A stretch of DNA of 64,000 nt from Syntrophobacterales bacterium (GCA_018433345.1 JAHDRK010000033.1:9166-73165), one strand, 5' to 3'. Shown: positions 18,496 through 29,800, numbered from the stretch's first letter. Made by a program: numbers and translations. The notes: a model not told the origin generated them from the letters alone.

Positions 18496-19401
18496 ATGAG
18501 AATCACCGAAGCGGGCAAAGTGACCGAGGGAATCTGGTTCCTGGGAAGCGAGGAATCAGGACTGTATCTGGTGGAAGGTTCGTCGTCGTCGATGCTCGTC
18601 AGCAGTGGGATGAGCTGGCTCGCGGATGACGTACTCGAACAGATGAAACGTTTCAATCTCGACGAGGAGCGGATCGAAAAAATCCTTATCCTTCACGCCC
18701 ACTTCGACCATATCGGTCTTGTGCCCTTGTTCACCCGCCGCCTTCCCGAGGCAAAGGTATACGGGGCGGCGGCGGCTTGGAAGGCCATCGGTGATCCCCG
18801 GATCATGGAACGCGTGAACCACTATAACCGGAAGATGGCCAAACGCTATGGTCGGCCGAACATCTTCGAGTCATACGACCTGGAGTGGCGTGACGATATA
18901 AAGGGATTTACCGTCTCCGAAGGCGACCGCCTCGACTGTGGCGATCTCGGTATCGAAATAATTGAAATCCCTGGACATTCTCCCTGCTCCATAGCAGCCT
19001 ATGAACCATCGACAAAGACATTGTTCCCTTCCGACGGAGGAGGGATACCCTTCAAGGATACCATCATCCCCTCGGGGACCTTTAATTACACACTCTTCCA
19101 GGAAAGCCTGGAAAAGCTCGGCCTGCTCGAAGTAGATCATTTTTGCGCGGACCATGGAGGTTACATAAAAGGAGAAGACGCCCGGCAATTCGTAAGAAAG
19201 GCCATGGATGCGGCCCGCGATTTCAGGAAACTCATGGAACGGGTATATCGCCGCAGCGGATCTGTAGAAGCCGCCGTCGGGAGACTTGTTTCCATCGCCC
19301 TTGCAGCCCGGCCGGACTATTTTCTTAACCGGGATATTCTTGAAGGCATATACCTGCAGATGATCCGCCACGTAGCTTCGCGCATGGGCGAAGCCGGTTA
19401 G
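18496..19401 (+). CDS. MBL-fold metallo-hydrolase
   Basis: The HAHFDHIG metal-binding motif is present. I prefer the start at 18496 (RBS 18481-18488) because the ORF-track start at 18451 lies inside the predicted promoter. Confidence 0.75.
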   Translation: MRITEAGKVTEGIWFLGSEESGLYLVEGSSSSMLVSSGMSWLADDVLEQMKRFNLDEERIEKILILHAHFDHIGLVPLFTRRLPEAKVYGAAAAWKAIGDPRIMERVNHYNRKMAKRYGRPNIFESYDLEWRDDIKGFTVSEGDRLDCGDLGIEIIEIPGHSPCSIAAYEPSTKTLFPSDGGGIPFKDTIIPSGTFNYTLFQESLEKLGLLEVDHFCADHGGYIKGEDARQFVRKAMDAARDFRKLMERVYRRSGSVEAAVGRLVSIALAARPDYFLNRDILEGIYLQMIRHVASRMGEAG

Positions 19402-19471
19402 ACTCATCGCTTTTTCACGGTAAAAAAACCGGTATCGGCTTGCATTTTTGAGTATTTGTGGTACGCTCATT

Positions 19472-19513
19472 AGGATAAAATATTAAAGATGCCAGGATAA
19501 AATATTAAAGATG
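19472..19513. repeat. perfect 20-bp direct repeat with 22-bp period (aggataaaatattaaagatg x2)
   Basis: 19472-19491 and 19494-19513 are identical. The repeat is AT-rich and lies about 100 nt upstream of the helicase start. Confidence 0.9.
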
Positions 19514-19608
19514 GCACAGGGTTGCCCCCGCCCTTCGTGAAGCATCCTTATTATATCGAACATTCTCATGAAACATCTTTACAATAACAAGGAAGATACC
19601 AGAATAGC

Positions 19609-21201
19609 GTGAAATTTACAGAGCTTGGATTCAATGAAAAAATCCTAAAAGGAATCAAAGATACGGGATTCGAGGAATGCACGAAGGTCCAGGAAATAAC
19701 CTTCCAGGAAAGCCTGAAGGGAAAAGACGTGGCGGTGCAATCACAAACCGGAACAGGTAAAACGGCCGCCTTTCTACTCACGATTTACCATCTCTTCTGC
19801 GAGGAAGAAACCCCATACAGAAAAAAGGCCCTCATCGTCGTCCCGACGCGGGAGCTTGCGGTCCAGATCGAAAAAGAGGCGAGGACCCTGGGCAGACACC
19901 TGGACTTTACCATGGGAAGCATCTACGGGGGGGTAGGTTACGCGGAGCAGGAGGCGCTCCTCGAGAAAGACGCCGACATTATCATCGGGACACCGGGACG
20001 GCTCCTGGATTTCAGCCAGTCGGAAAAACTGAAACTCAAGGACAGGGGTTTTTTGGTTATCGACGAAGCCGATCGCCTCTTCGACATGGGATTTCTACCC
20101 GATCTGCGGCGCATAATTCGAAAAATGCCCCCTCCGGACCGCCGGATGACAATGCTTTTCAGCGCAACGCTGGACGCCGCGGCCCGGGAACTCGCCTGGG
20201 AACACATGAACGATCCCGTTGAAATAGTGGCGACGCCGGACAGGCTTCTTGTGGAAAATGTGACCCAAGAACTATACCACGTGGGTTTGGACGAAAAAAT
20301 GAATCTCCTGCTCGGCCTGTTGAAGCGCGACGATCCCAAGAGCGTGCTTATTTTCACCAACACAAAACACGATGCCTTCGAGGTATCCAAGCGACTGGAA
20401 TACAACGGTTATCGCAGCACCTACATGATCGGCGATCTGCCCCAAGGCAAACGTCTCAAGATCATATCCGACCTCAAGTCGGGCAAGGTTCGCTACCTCG
20501 TAGCCACCGACGTGGCCGCCCGGGGACTTCACGTGGATGATCTCGAAATGGTCATCAATTACGACATCCCGCAGGATTTCGAAAATTATGTCCACCGGAT
20601 CGGACGAACGGCACGGGCCGGCCGGGAGGGGAAGGCCGTAACGCTGGCCTGTGAGAAGTATGTCTACGGGCTCGAGGCGATTGAAAAATATATCGGCATG
20701 CAGATTCCCGTCGTCTGGCCGGAAGAGGGTTTCTTTGTGGAGGACGCAAGCGCCGGTATGCGTTTCAGGCTTAGCGAGAGGGAACGGAAACCTAAACTGA
20801 AAACCAAAAGGGCCGACATGGAAAAATCACAACGACGGAGGAAAAAACAGGCCGAAACCAAGGGGGAGCAACCGGAGAAGAAAGAAAAGAAGAAAGGGGG
20901 CAAGACTCCCCGCAAGTTTGATGAACCCAAGCTGACGTCCCCGGAAAAGAAAAAGAAGTCAAAAGATAGCGCCAGGCCTCCTGACCGCGATGCTTCGCGT
21001 GAGGACCGCATCGCGTATTATGAACGGAAGTACGGCGAATCCTTTGCGGCCGTTCCGACACGGCAGGAACATGGAAAGGAACGGAAAGAGATCGAGCCCT
21101 CGCAGAGGGCGGATCACGGCTCAATGTATAAAACAAAGGGGGAAAAGTCGGCCTTCCTCCAGAAAATAAAACGCCTTTTCTCCGGTTTGCGAGGGGCCTG
21201 A
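19609..21201 (+). CDS. DEAD-box ATP-dependent RNA helicase with Lys/Arg-rich C-terminal tail
   Basis: 530 aa. Q-motif, SQTGTGKT, PTRELA, DEAD (VIDEADRL), SAT and HRIGRTARAG are present, with a basic low-complexity C-terminus. GTG start. Confidence 0.88.
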   Translation: MKFTELGFNEKILKGIKDTGFEECTKVQEITFQESLKGKDVAVQSQTGTGKTAAFLLTIYHLFCEEETPYRKKALIVVPTRELAVQIEKEARTLGRHLDFTMGSIYGGVGYAEQEALLEKDADIIIGTPGRLLDFSQSEKLKLKDRGFLVIDEADRLFDMGFLPDLRRIIRKMPPPDRRMTMLFSATLDAAARELAWEHMNDPVEIVATPDRLLVENVTQELYHVGLDEKMNLLLGLLKRDDPKSVLIFTNTKHDAFEVSKRLEYNGYRSTYMIGDLPQGKRLKIISDLKSGKVRYLVATDVAARGLHVDDLEMVINYDIPQDFENYVHRIGRTARAGREGKAVTLACEKYVYGLEAIEKYIGMQIPVVWPEEGFFVEDASAGMRFRLSERERKPKLKTKRADMEKSQRRRKKQAETKGEQPEKKEKKKGGKTPRKFDEPKLTSPEKKKKSKDSARPPDRDASREDRIAYYERKYGESFAAVPTRQEHGKERKEIEPSQRADHGSMYKTKGEKSAFLQKIKRLFSGLRGA

Positions 21202-21264
21202 AGGGATTATGCCGACGGATACCTGATTCGACTTCCTTCCGATAAGGACGCCGCTCGTACTCAC

Positions 21265-22248
21265 TTACAGGTATCGCTTGATATCCGCCTTTTCCCGAAG
21301 TTCGTTCACGTACTCCTCGACCTTTTCGTTCGCCTTTTCACCCCTTAGATAGTTGTCGATGTTTTCCTTGGCCTCATCGTAGGGAATCACCCTCGCCTCC
21401 TTCCTGTCGGTTACCTTTATGATGTGATAACCGAAGGAACTTTTTACGATGGGGCTCGTCTCCCCCGTCTCCAGGGAAAAGGCCGCTTCTTCAAAGGCCT
21501 TGTCCATGTTTCCCCGCGAGAAGAATCCCAGATCACCGCCATGTTCACTGCTGGGACATTGGGATGTTTCGCGGGCCAGTTCTCCAAAATCCTCACCTTC
21601 GTTCAGACGTTTTTGAACATCTTCGATGGCGGCTTCCACCTTCCGGCTCTCTTCTTCAGAGGCGTCCTCCTTAAGACCTATATATATATGACTGGCCTTG
21701 ACCTGTTCGGGTTCTTCAAAAAATTCGGAATGGTTCTTGTAAAAACTCTCGCTTTGGTCGGACGCCACTTCGATCTTGTTTACCACTTCCTCTTCGATCA
21801 GCCTTCTGACGGCGATATTTTTCCTTATGCTCGAGCGAAGCTGAGCCTCGGTTATCCCCATGCCTTCAACGACCTGCTTAAAGGAACTCTCATCGGGGAA
21901 TTGGTTTTTCAATCTCTGCAGTTCATCGGTAACCGCCTGGTCGGAAACGACAACGCCTTTCTTGACGCTCTCCTGCCACAGCAACTCGTAATTGATAAGC
22001 CGCTCCAGTAGGTCCCTTTTTATATCCTTGACACGGGCCTCGTCGAGGGGATCACCCTGCATCGCGGACATCTCCATCATCTTGGCCGCCTCGCCTTCAA
22101 GCGTCTCCCAGGAAATCACCACTCCGTTCACCAAGGCAACAGGCTTTTCCACTGCCTGCTCTTCGGCGGCCGGGGCGGGCGCTGCAATGAGAAATATAAA
22201 AAAAATGGCGAGAAACGCCGGCGTCCATAGTGATCGTTTTTTGTACAT
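21265..22248 (-). CDS. periplasmic parvulin-type peptidyl-prolyl isomerase (SurA/PpiD-like)
   Basis: The signal peptide starts at M22248 (GGAAGGAG RBS). A parvulin domain is present (ASHIYI..., FGYHIIKV). Confidence 0.75.
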   Translation of the reverse strand: MYKKRSLWTPAFLAIFFIFLIAAPAPAAEEQAVEKPVALVNGVVISWETLEGEAAKMMEMSAMQGDPLDEARVKDIKRDLLERLINYELLWQESVKKGVVVSDQAVTDELQRLKNQFPDESSFKQVVEGMGITEAQLRSSIRKNIAVRRLIEEEVVNKIEVASDQSESFYKNHSEFFEEPEQVKASHIYIGLKEDASEEESRKVEAAIEDVQKRLNEGEDFGELARETSQCPSSEHGGDLGFFSRGNMDKAFEEAAFSLETGETSPIVKSSFGYHIIKVTDRKEARVIPYDEAKENIDNYLRGEKANEKVEEYVNELREKADIKRYL

Positions 22249-22326
22249 AGGTTTTGCTCCTTCCCATGGATTTGAAAAAGGGCCCATGAAACTTCACATG
22301 ATGAAAGTCGAAGTGCCCGCCCGGGA

Positions 22327-22359
22327 TTAACGCTTCGTTAACGCTTCGTTAACGCTTCG
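22327..22359. repeat. three perfect tandem copies of an 11-bp unit (ttaacgcttcg) generating CGTTAACG palindromes 11 bp apart
   Basis: Read directly at 22327-22337, 22338-22348 and 22349-22359, in the divergent intergenic region between the PPIase and kinase genes. Confidence 0.9.
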
Positions 22360-22477
22360 AGGATGTGAGAATCGGAAACCCTTAATCGTAAGGAATGTCG
22401 AAATACTAACACAAACAGGTGCGTTGTAAAGAAATTTTTTGACTGTTACATCGGCCAGACACAGTCTAAAGATAGCT

Positions 22478-22506
22478 TTGCAAAGATGAAAATGATTTTA
22501 TAGTAT
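22478..22506 (+). promoter_or_regulatory. candidate promoter for the hybrid kinase gene
   Basis: TTGCAA (22478-22483), 17 nt, TAGTAT (22501-22506). Confidence 0.3.
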
Positions 22507-22697
22507 TCTAATTGATCGCGCGTTATCCACGTAAAGGTTCCCTTCTTTTCCAAACAGAATGATCAACCACGCTGTCGGCCCTTGGGGGCATGGATTTTGC
22601 TTAAATAATTCGTATAACCCACTAAACAGGCCCGGCATCGGCACTTGAGCGAAATACATTATGTGAACCTGTTCAAGCGTGAGAGAGAACAAAGCCT

Positions 22698-25217
22698 ATG
22701 CGTGAAAACCGGTTCGACAAAAAAATCGAGCGCATAATCGAAGACCTCGGAGAAAGGATCGACGGACTTGAGCTCGAACGAAAGGACCTGTTGTATCGTC
22801 TCCGTTTCGAAGAACTTATCACAACCATTTCTTCCACATTCATCAACCTTCCCTCGGCGGCGATCGACGAAGAAATAGAAAGGGCCCTTGAAGTTGTTGG
22901 AGAAATGACGGGGGCCGACCGGATGTACATTTTCCGTTACGACGAAGATCGGCAAACAATGGACAACACTCACGAATGGCGCGCCGCGGGGCAGGAGCCT
23001 TTCAAGGACCGTCTCAGGAAAATCCCCCTGGAATGGGCCGCATGGCTCGTCGACCAAATAAACGCCTCGAGAATCGTATACATTCCCCGCCTGGAGGATC
23101 TTCCGCCGGAGGCGTCCAAACTGAAGCGGCTGAATATTGAACAGGGAACGAAATCTTCCCTCATAATCCCCCTCCAATATAAAGGAAAGACAACAGGGAT
23201 GTTCGGCCTTGACTCGACGCGTCGTCACATGACATGGTCCCCCGAAGTCGTTACGTTGCTACGGGTCTTGGGGGAAATTTTTTCAAACGCCCTGGAGCGC
23301 AAGCACGCAGAAGAAGCCTTGCGACAGAGCGAAGAGAAGTACCGGACCATTCTCGAAACTATGGAGGAAAGTTACTGGGAAGTGGACCTAAAGGGCAATC
23401 TGGTCTTTTTCAACAACGCCCTCAGCCGCCTTTTGGGTTACGAATACGAAGAATTGGCAGGTATTAATTATCGAGTCTACACCTCTCCGGAGGACAAAGA
23501 AAGGATCGCCCATTCGTTCAACAAGATATATCGCACGGGTATCGGCGTCATGGCCGATAATTACACCTTCATCGACCGACATGGCCGTCCCGTGGCCGTG
23601 GAAATGTCCACCTATCCCATCGAGGACGATAGCGGCGATGTTGTCGGATTCAGGGGTGTGTCTCGTAACGTGACGGACCGCCAGAAAGCAATAGAAGCCC
23701 TGAAAGAAAGCGAAAAAAAGTACCGCACCGCCCTGGAGGCGAGTCCCGACCCCCTGGTCGTCTATGACATGGAAGGCCGCGTCGTTTATCTGAACCCGGC
23801 CTTTGAAGAGGTCTTCGGGTGGAGCCTGGAGGAACTCCACGGTCTCGTCATGGAAAACTTTATTCCCAAAGACCGCCGGGAAGAAGCCCGTTCAATGGCC
23901 CAGCGGATGGTGGACGGCAAACCCTTCTCGGGAATCGAAACGGAGCGTCTCACGCGATCGGGCGGGCGCATTCCCGTAAGCATAAGCGGTGCGGGCTATC
24001 GAAACGGTGACGAAACCCCTCGGGGCGGCATCATCACCTTCAGGGACATCCGGGAACAAAAACGTCTCGAAAATCAGCTTCTCAATATTCAAAAGCTTGA
24101 ATCAATCGGCACCCTCGCGGGTGGTATCGCGCACGACTTCAACAACCTGCTCATGGCGATCCAGGGTAATGTTTCTTTGGCCCTTTACAACTTGCCTGAA
24201 GGCCACCCCCACTATCGATATCTTGAAAACATACAAAAGAGCGTCGCCAGCGGTTCCCGGCTGACCCGTCAACTTCTCGGGTTCGCCCGCAAGGGCCGCT
24301 ACGAAGTAAAAAAGATCGATCTTAATCGTCTCGTGAGACAAGTGGCGGGGGTCTTCGAAAGAACGAGAAAGGAAATAATCATTCACAGCGATTTCGCTCC
24401 CGATCTTTACACCGTGGAAGCGGACGAGGGACAGCTCGAACAGGTGCTTCTCAACATATTCCTCAACGCGGCCCAGGCCATGGAGGGAGGGGGCGACCTT
24501 TACCTGGAAACGAAGAACCAGATCATCGAAGAAGACCGATTCATCGATCTCGCCCCGGGAGCTTACGTGCAATTGTCAATCAGGGACACGGGCGTCGGCA
24601 TGGACAAAAGGACCTTGGGCCATCTGTTCGAACCCTTTTTCACCTCCCGCGAAATGGGACGGGGCACCGGTCTCGGCCTGGCATCGACCTACGGGATCGT
24701 CAAGGGTCACGGGGGCCACATAGAGGCCCATTCTATCTTGGGAAAGGGTTCTACATTTAATATATACCTCCCCGCAGCGAGTGGAACTGAGACGACAAAG
24801 GAGGATTCCCCCGAAAGGATAGAAAGGGGAAATATGGAAACGGTCCTCTTCGTGGACGATGAAGAGATGGTTCTCGAGGCGGGAAGCCTGATGCTTCAAA
24901 AACTAGGATATGATGTACTGAAAGCCCGGAACGGAAAGGAAGCGGTCGCTCTTTTCGAAAAACACAAGGAAGAGATCGACCTGGTCATTCTCGACATGAT
25001 CATGCCCGCCATGGGTGGTGGAGAGGTATTCAACCGGATAAGAGAAATAAACCCCCGCGTACCGGTCTTACTCTCCAGCGGTTACAGCATCGACGGTCAG
25101 GCACGGGAAATCATGGACAGGGGTTGTGACGGGTTTATTCAGAAACCCTTCACCATAGAGACCTTATCAAAGAGTATCAGGGTGATCCTTGACCGAACCG
25201 CTCCCGATTTTCGGTAA
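22698..25217 (+). CDS. hybrid sensor histidine kinase/response regulator (GAF, PAS repeats, HisKA, HATPase_c, REC)
   Basis: 839 aa. H-box GGIAHDFNNLL, N/G boxes (FLNAAQAM, DTGVGMD, GTGLGL) and a C-terminal receiver (LFVDDEE...DLVILDMIMP...K). Confidence 0.88.
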   Translation: MRENRFDKKIERIIEDLGERIDGLELERKDLLYRLRFEELITTISSTFINLPSAAIDEEIERALEVVGEMTGADRMYIFRYDEDRQTMDNTHEWRAAGQEPFKDRLRKIPLEWAAWLVDQINASRIVYIPRLEDLPPEASKLKRLNIEQGTKSSLIIPLQYKGKTTGMFGLDSTRRHMTWSPEVVTLLRVLGEIFSNALERKHAEEALRQSEEKYRTILETMEESYWEVDLKGNLVFFNNALSRLLGYEYEELAGINYRVYTSPEDKERIAHSFNKIYRTGIGVMADNYTFIDRHGRPVAVEMSTYPIEDDSGDVVGFRGVSRNVTDRQKAIEALKESEKKYRTALEASPDPLVVYDMEGRVVYLNPAFEEVFGWSLEELHGLVMENFIPKDRREEARSMAQRMVDGKPFSGIETERLTRSGGRIPVSISGAGYRNGDETPRGGIITFRDIREQKRLENQLLNIQKLESIGTLAGGIAHDFNNLLMAIQGNVSLALYNLPEGHPHYRYLENIQKSVASGSRLTRQLLGFARKGRYEVKKIDLNRLVRQVAGVFERTRKEIIIHSDFAPDLYTVEADEGQLEQVLLNIFLNAAQAMEGGGDLYLETKNQIIEEDRFIDLAPGAYVQLSIRDTGVGMDKRTLGHLFEPFFTSREMGRGTGLGLASTYGIVKGHGGHIEAHSILGKGSTFNIYLPAASGTETTKEDSPERIERGNMETVLFVDDEEMVLEAGSLMLQKLGYDVLKARNGKEAVALFEKHKEEIDLVILDMIMPAMGGGEVFNRIREINPRVPVLLSSGYSIDGQAREIMDRGCDGFIQKPFTIETLSKSIRVILDRTAPDFR

Positions 25218-26844
25218 CCTCTCTTTCCCCGGGAGAGAAAAACTTCTCCCCCTCGATCACTATGCCTCGCCGCTGGAGGAGAGACCCGTCAAGACGATAT
25301 AGAGTTATGCGTGCCTTGCGATACTGTATGATCGTATCGATTTCGTCGAGGCGGCTTTCCAGGAGATCGCGCTGTGCCAGGGCCACCGCGAGGGAGGTGC
25401 CCCGCCCCACGTCGAACTTTACCTCTTCCGCCCTCACCGCCTCTTCCTGGAGGCGCCTCCGCTCGGCGGAGGCATCTATCTGTGCCCGTGCTCGTCTCGC
25501 TTCCAGGTGGGCGCCGTGGATGTCCTCCACCACCAGCTGGGCCAGGTTGTCCAGGCTTGCAACAGCTTGGGCCCTGCTTGCAACAGCGCGGGCCTCAAGC
25601 GCGCGCGCCGCCCGATTTCGGAGAGACCAATCGAAACGCGCGCCCACGGTCAACACGTAGCCGGGACCGTCGAGATCAGAAAAAGAACTGCCGAAACTGT
25701 CGGCGTATCCCGTCTTACCCAGGGTAATAAACAGATCGAGGCGGGGGAGCAGCCCATCTCGGGTCTGGATCACCTCCAGGTCTCCACGTTCTATACGAAG
25801 CTCCGCTTCAGCCATTTCAGGGCGCATGCTCAAGCCCAAGGCGATATGATCTTCAACGGGATCAAGCTCGAGATCCGGCTCCCTCGGGCTGTCACGGGGC
25901 TCCAACTCCAAGGACCAGCCATATCTCCCTCCGGGACTTAGAAGGCGTAGCAGGGAAAGGCGGGTCTGCTCCCGCCGGCTTCGGGCGTCAATCAGCCCTT
26001 GGCGCCTGGATGCCAATTCGGCACGGGCGGCCGCGATCTCGGTTTCGGCAACAGTCCCCACGTCGATTCGACGCGCGATCTGCAGGGCCTCTCTGAATAT
26101 CGCGACCTGCTGTTCCGCGAGAACAAGATCCCAATAAGTGTTTTCGATTTCAGCAACCAAGGACTCAACAAAACCACGCAACTCGTAAAGGGATATCATG
26201 GTGTCCAGCTCGGCCCGGCGGATTCCCGCAAGGTTCGCTTCCCTGGAAGCGCCCCTAAGTAACGCCTGCGTCAGTGACAATTCCACGGCCGCCTCTTGAC
26301 GATCCAGCGTCGACGCAGAGTCCGACCGCGCCTGGCGAAGGGCCAGGTCCACCGCGGTTCCCGTAGAAAAGCTTTTCTCGATACCGACGCGGTAGGTCTC
26401 CGATTCACTGCGCAATCCCACGGGCTCACCGGTCACAAGATTTCTACGTTCCGCCTTATCCCTGTAAACAGAAGTTTCGGCAAAGAGGGAAGCGTCGAAA
26501 ACGGCTCGCTCTTCCTCCTCGAAGGTCCCGGCGATGATCGGAGAATAGAGCTGCACCCCCAGGGAACGGTTGTTTTTCAAGGCGATAAAAACCGTCTCTT
26601 CCACGGAGATGGACAGCCTCCCATCTTTAGGCGCGGGAAGCTTTTCGGGAGTTTCCACGGGGTAGGGCCTAAGGTGATCGACGGGCGGTTCACCGTATTC
26701 CGCAGGTCTTTCGCGGAGTCTCTCGATATATTCGCCGGTAAATGTCCCCTTTGCCGAGGCCGATTGTCCATGCTGCACAGAAACAAGGAGAACCAAAAGA
26801 ACAGCGACTGCAAGCTGTCCCACCCGCGGTTTCATTCCGTCCAC
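25177..26844 (-). CDS. TolC-family outer membrane efflux protein
   Basis: 555 aa with a signal peptide and two-repeat coiled-coil/beta-barrel sequence character. It is the last gene of the MFP-RND-OMF operon and overlaps the RND gene by 13 nt. Confidence 0.75.
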   Translation of the reverse strand: MDGMKPRVGQLAVAVLLVLLVSVQHGQSASAKGTFTGEYIERLRERPAEYGEPPVDHLRPYPVETPEKLPAPKDGRLSISVEETVFIALKNNRSLGVQLYSPIIAGTFEEEERAVFDASLFAETSVYRDKAERRNLVTGEPVGLRSESETYRVGIEKSFSTGTAVDLALRQARSDSASTLDRQEAAVELSLTQALLRGASREANLAGIRRAELDTMISLYELRGFVESLVAEIENTYWDLVLAEQQVAIFREALQIARRIDVGTVAETEIAAARAELASRRQGLIDARSRREQTRLSLLRLLSPGGRYGWSLELEPRDSPREPDLELDPVEDHIALGLSMRPEMAEAELRIERGDLEVIQTRDGLLPRLDLFITLGKTGYADSFGSSFSDLDGPGYVLTVGARFDWSLRNRAARALEARAVASRAQAVASLDNLAQLVVEDIHGAHLEARRARAQIDASAERRRLQEEAVRAEEVKFDVGRGTSLAVALAQRDLLESRLDEIDTIIQYRKARITLYRLDGSLLQRRGIVIEGEKFFSPGEREVTENRERFGQGSP

Positions 26845-29800
26845 CTCCCCGTTGTTTCTTTCTTCCCGCCTTCCCGGCGCCGGTAAAAAAACGTATATAG
26901 AACAGGGATGAGAATCAAGGTTATAAAGGTTGAACTCGTGAGGCCTCCTATTACCACGCGCGCCATGGGCGCCTGCTGCTCGCTCCCTTCACCGATGCCG
27001 AGGGCCAGTGGAATGAGCGCTATTATCGTGGTTAGAGAAGTCATGAGTATGGGACGAAACCTACGGGTTCCAGCTTCGAAAGCGGCGCGGCTCGGCGAAA
27101 GACCCTCCTCGACCCTGAGTCGCCCGGCTTGGTCCACGATGAGGATGGCGTTATTGACAACGATGCCCACGAGCATGATCCCGCCGATGAATGACTGCGC
27201 GTTTAAAGTCGTTCCCGTCGCCAGGAGAATGACAACCACTCCGATAAGGGCCATGGGAACCGAAAACATGACTATGAGGGGATCCCGGAACGACTCGTAA
27301 AGACAGGCCATTACCATGTAAACGAGGGCGACGGCCAAAAGAAGCCCCCAGGCCAGTTCGTTGAATGTCTTTTCCTGTTCCTCGTAATCGGCGCCGAATG
27401 TGATATCGATGTCCCGGGGCATGGGAATGGAAGCGACCCTCTCCCGTATGTCGGAGACGACTGAACCAAGGTCCCGGCCGGAAATATTCACCTGGATGCG
27501 GCTCACCCGCTGCTGATCCCGCCGTTCTATTGTCTGCGGACCTTCAGCGCTTTCAATGGTCACAACATTGCGAAGATTGACAAATTCCCCCCGGTTGTTC
27601 ATGACGCCTATGTTTAGAATATCGTCGAAATCGAGCTGCTCCGCGTCCTTGAGGCGGACGAAAATGCGATACTCGGACCCCCCGTCGCGGAAATACCCGG
27701 CGGATGATCCCGCAATCGCCGTTTCAATGGTTTGTGCAATTCCGACCACTGAAAGGCCGAGATCGGCGGCCCGGACTCTGTCTATTTGAAGAAGATTCAA
27801 CGGAACCCCCCCCTCGCGGCTCAGGCGCATATCGGTGATTCCTTCAACCGGAGCGATGGTCTCCTGCACTTTCTTCGCTATACTATCCAATTGCGCCAGA
27901 TTGTAGCCTCGAACGTCGATGCTCAGTTGTTCCTCGTCGGCGGCCGCGGTGAGCCTCATAACGAACAGTCCGCCGCTTGCCTGCGCTCTAATACGGGCGC
28001 CGGGTATCTGCGTCAATCTCCCCCTTAGGTCATCGGCGATCTCTTCGCTCGAGCGGGATCGGTGTCGTTGGGGAACCAGGCTTAATCTAATGTCGGCCCC
28101 CATGGGAGCCCCGGTGCTGAAGGACGTACCTCCCACGCTCACAACGGAAGCCGCCGCTTCGGGAACTGCCGGCAAAACTATGCTTTCAACCCGGCGTACC
28201 GTTTCGTCGAGAATGGCAAGCCGGGTCCCCGGTTCCATCTCGATGGATATTCGGACCTCCCCCTCGTCGGCGGACGGCATGAACTCCGACCCCACGTAAG
28301 GAAGCAGCAGTATGGAAGCAACGAAGAGTCCCAGGAACATCCACACAACCGCACCTCGATTCTCCAGGGCCGCGCCGAGAATCCCCCTATAAAAGTTTTC
28401 CATCCCGCCGAAGAAGAGAGCGGTCAGGTTGTACAACCTTTTCATGGGGCCGTTGTCTTCACCGGGGGATCCCGAAGGAGGACGAATCAGCCTGGCCGAC
28501 AGTGTCGGAGTCACCGTCAAGGCCACCACGAGTGAAACGAGAAGGGCGAATCCCACCACCCAGGCAAGCTGTCGAAAGAGGACACCCGCCAACTCCCTGG
28601 CGAAAAACATAGGCAGAAAGATGACCATCGTCGTCAACGTGCCCGCCGCCACCGCAGCGGCCACTTCTCCCGTGCCTCTCACCGCGGCCTCTTTAATAAG
28701 GGTGTCCCCCCTCTTCTCCCGAAGGCGGGAAATGTTCTCCAAAACCACGATGGAGCTATCCACCATTATGCCCACCCCCAGGGCGAGACCGCCGAGGGTC
28801 ATCAGGTTCAAGGTGAAGCCGCCGAAATATATGAGCCCGAAGGTGACTATAACCGAAACGGGGATCGCCGTAGCCGCAACCAGGGATGAAGACAGACTTC
28901 GCAGAAAAAAGAACAGCACCAAAAAGGCCAAAGCACCGCCGAAAACGATGGACCGGCTCACGTTGTCGATGGCAAGCCGGATGTACTCCGAGGTATCCCT
29001 GATAGGAAAGATCGATACCTGCGGATAATCACGGTTCAGATTTTCTATTTCCCGGTTCACCGCCCCGGCGACAGCCACGGTATTGTAGTCAGGCTGCTTC
29101 ATGATCGCCATGCGGACACCCGGTTCGTTATTTATGCGCACGAGTCTTGTCACTCTGCGATGGGTGTCCAGGACTTCCGCAACTTGTCCGAGGGTGATGG
29201 GAGCTCCGTCACGAACCGCCAGCACCATGGAAGAAAGCTCTTCAAGGCTGGTAAACTGTCCCGGCGTTCGCAGGGTAACGTTAAAGCGCCCCCTTTCTAC
29301 ATCGCCGGCGGGCACGGTGACGTTTGCGTCCCTAATGGACTGGCGGATGCCGTCGAGCGTCAGGTCCAGTGCCTGCACCTTGTCGACGTCCAAGTTCACC
29401 TGGATCTCGCGCTCGAGCCCTCCCCAGACATTGACGGAAGCCACGCCGGGGATGCGCTCGAGACGGTAGCTCATGTGCTCGTCGATGAGGATGCGCAGTT
29501 CCATCGGATCCATGGAGCTGGAAACTCCCAGGAGCATGATGGGAATGGCGGATATGTCGAATTTCCGAACCTGGGGACGATCGGAGTCATCGGGCAGCAT
29601 TTCTATAATCCGGTCCAGGCGATCCCTGATATCAATCGCCGCAACGTCGATATCCGTCCCCCACGAAAATGAAACACGAACGTTGCTGACCCCTTCCGAG
29701 GAATAGGAATTGATCTGCTCAACGCCCGCAACGGCGGCCACCGCCTGTTCCACGGGCCGGGTGATCAGCTCTTCCACGTCCTCCGGACTGGCGTTCTCAT

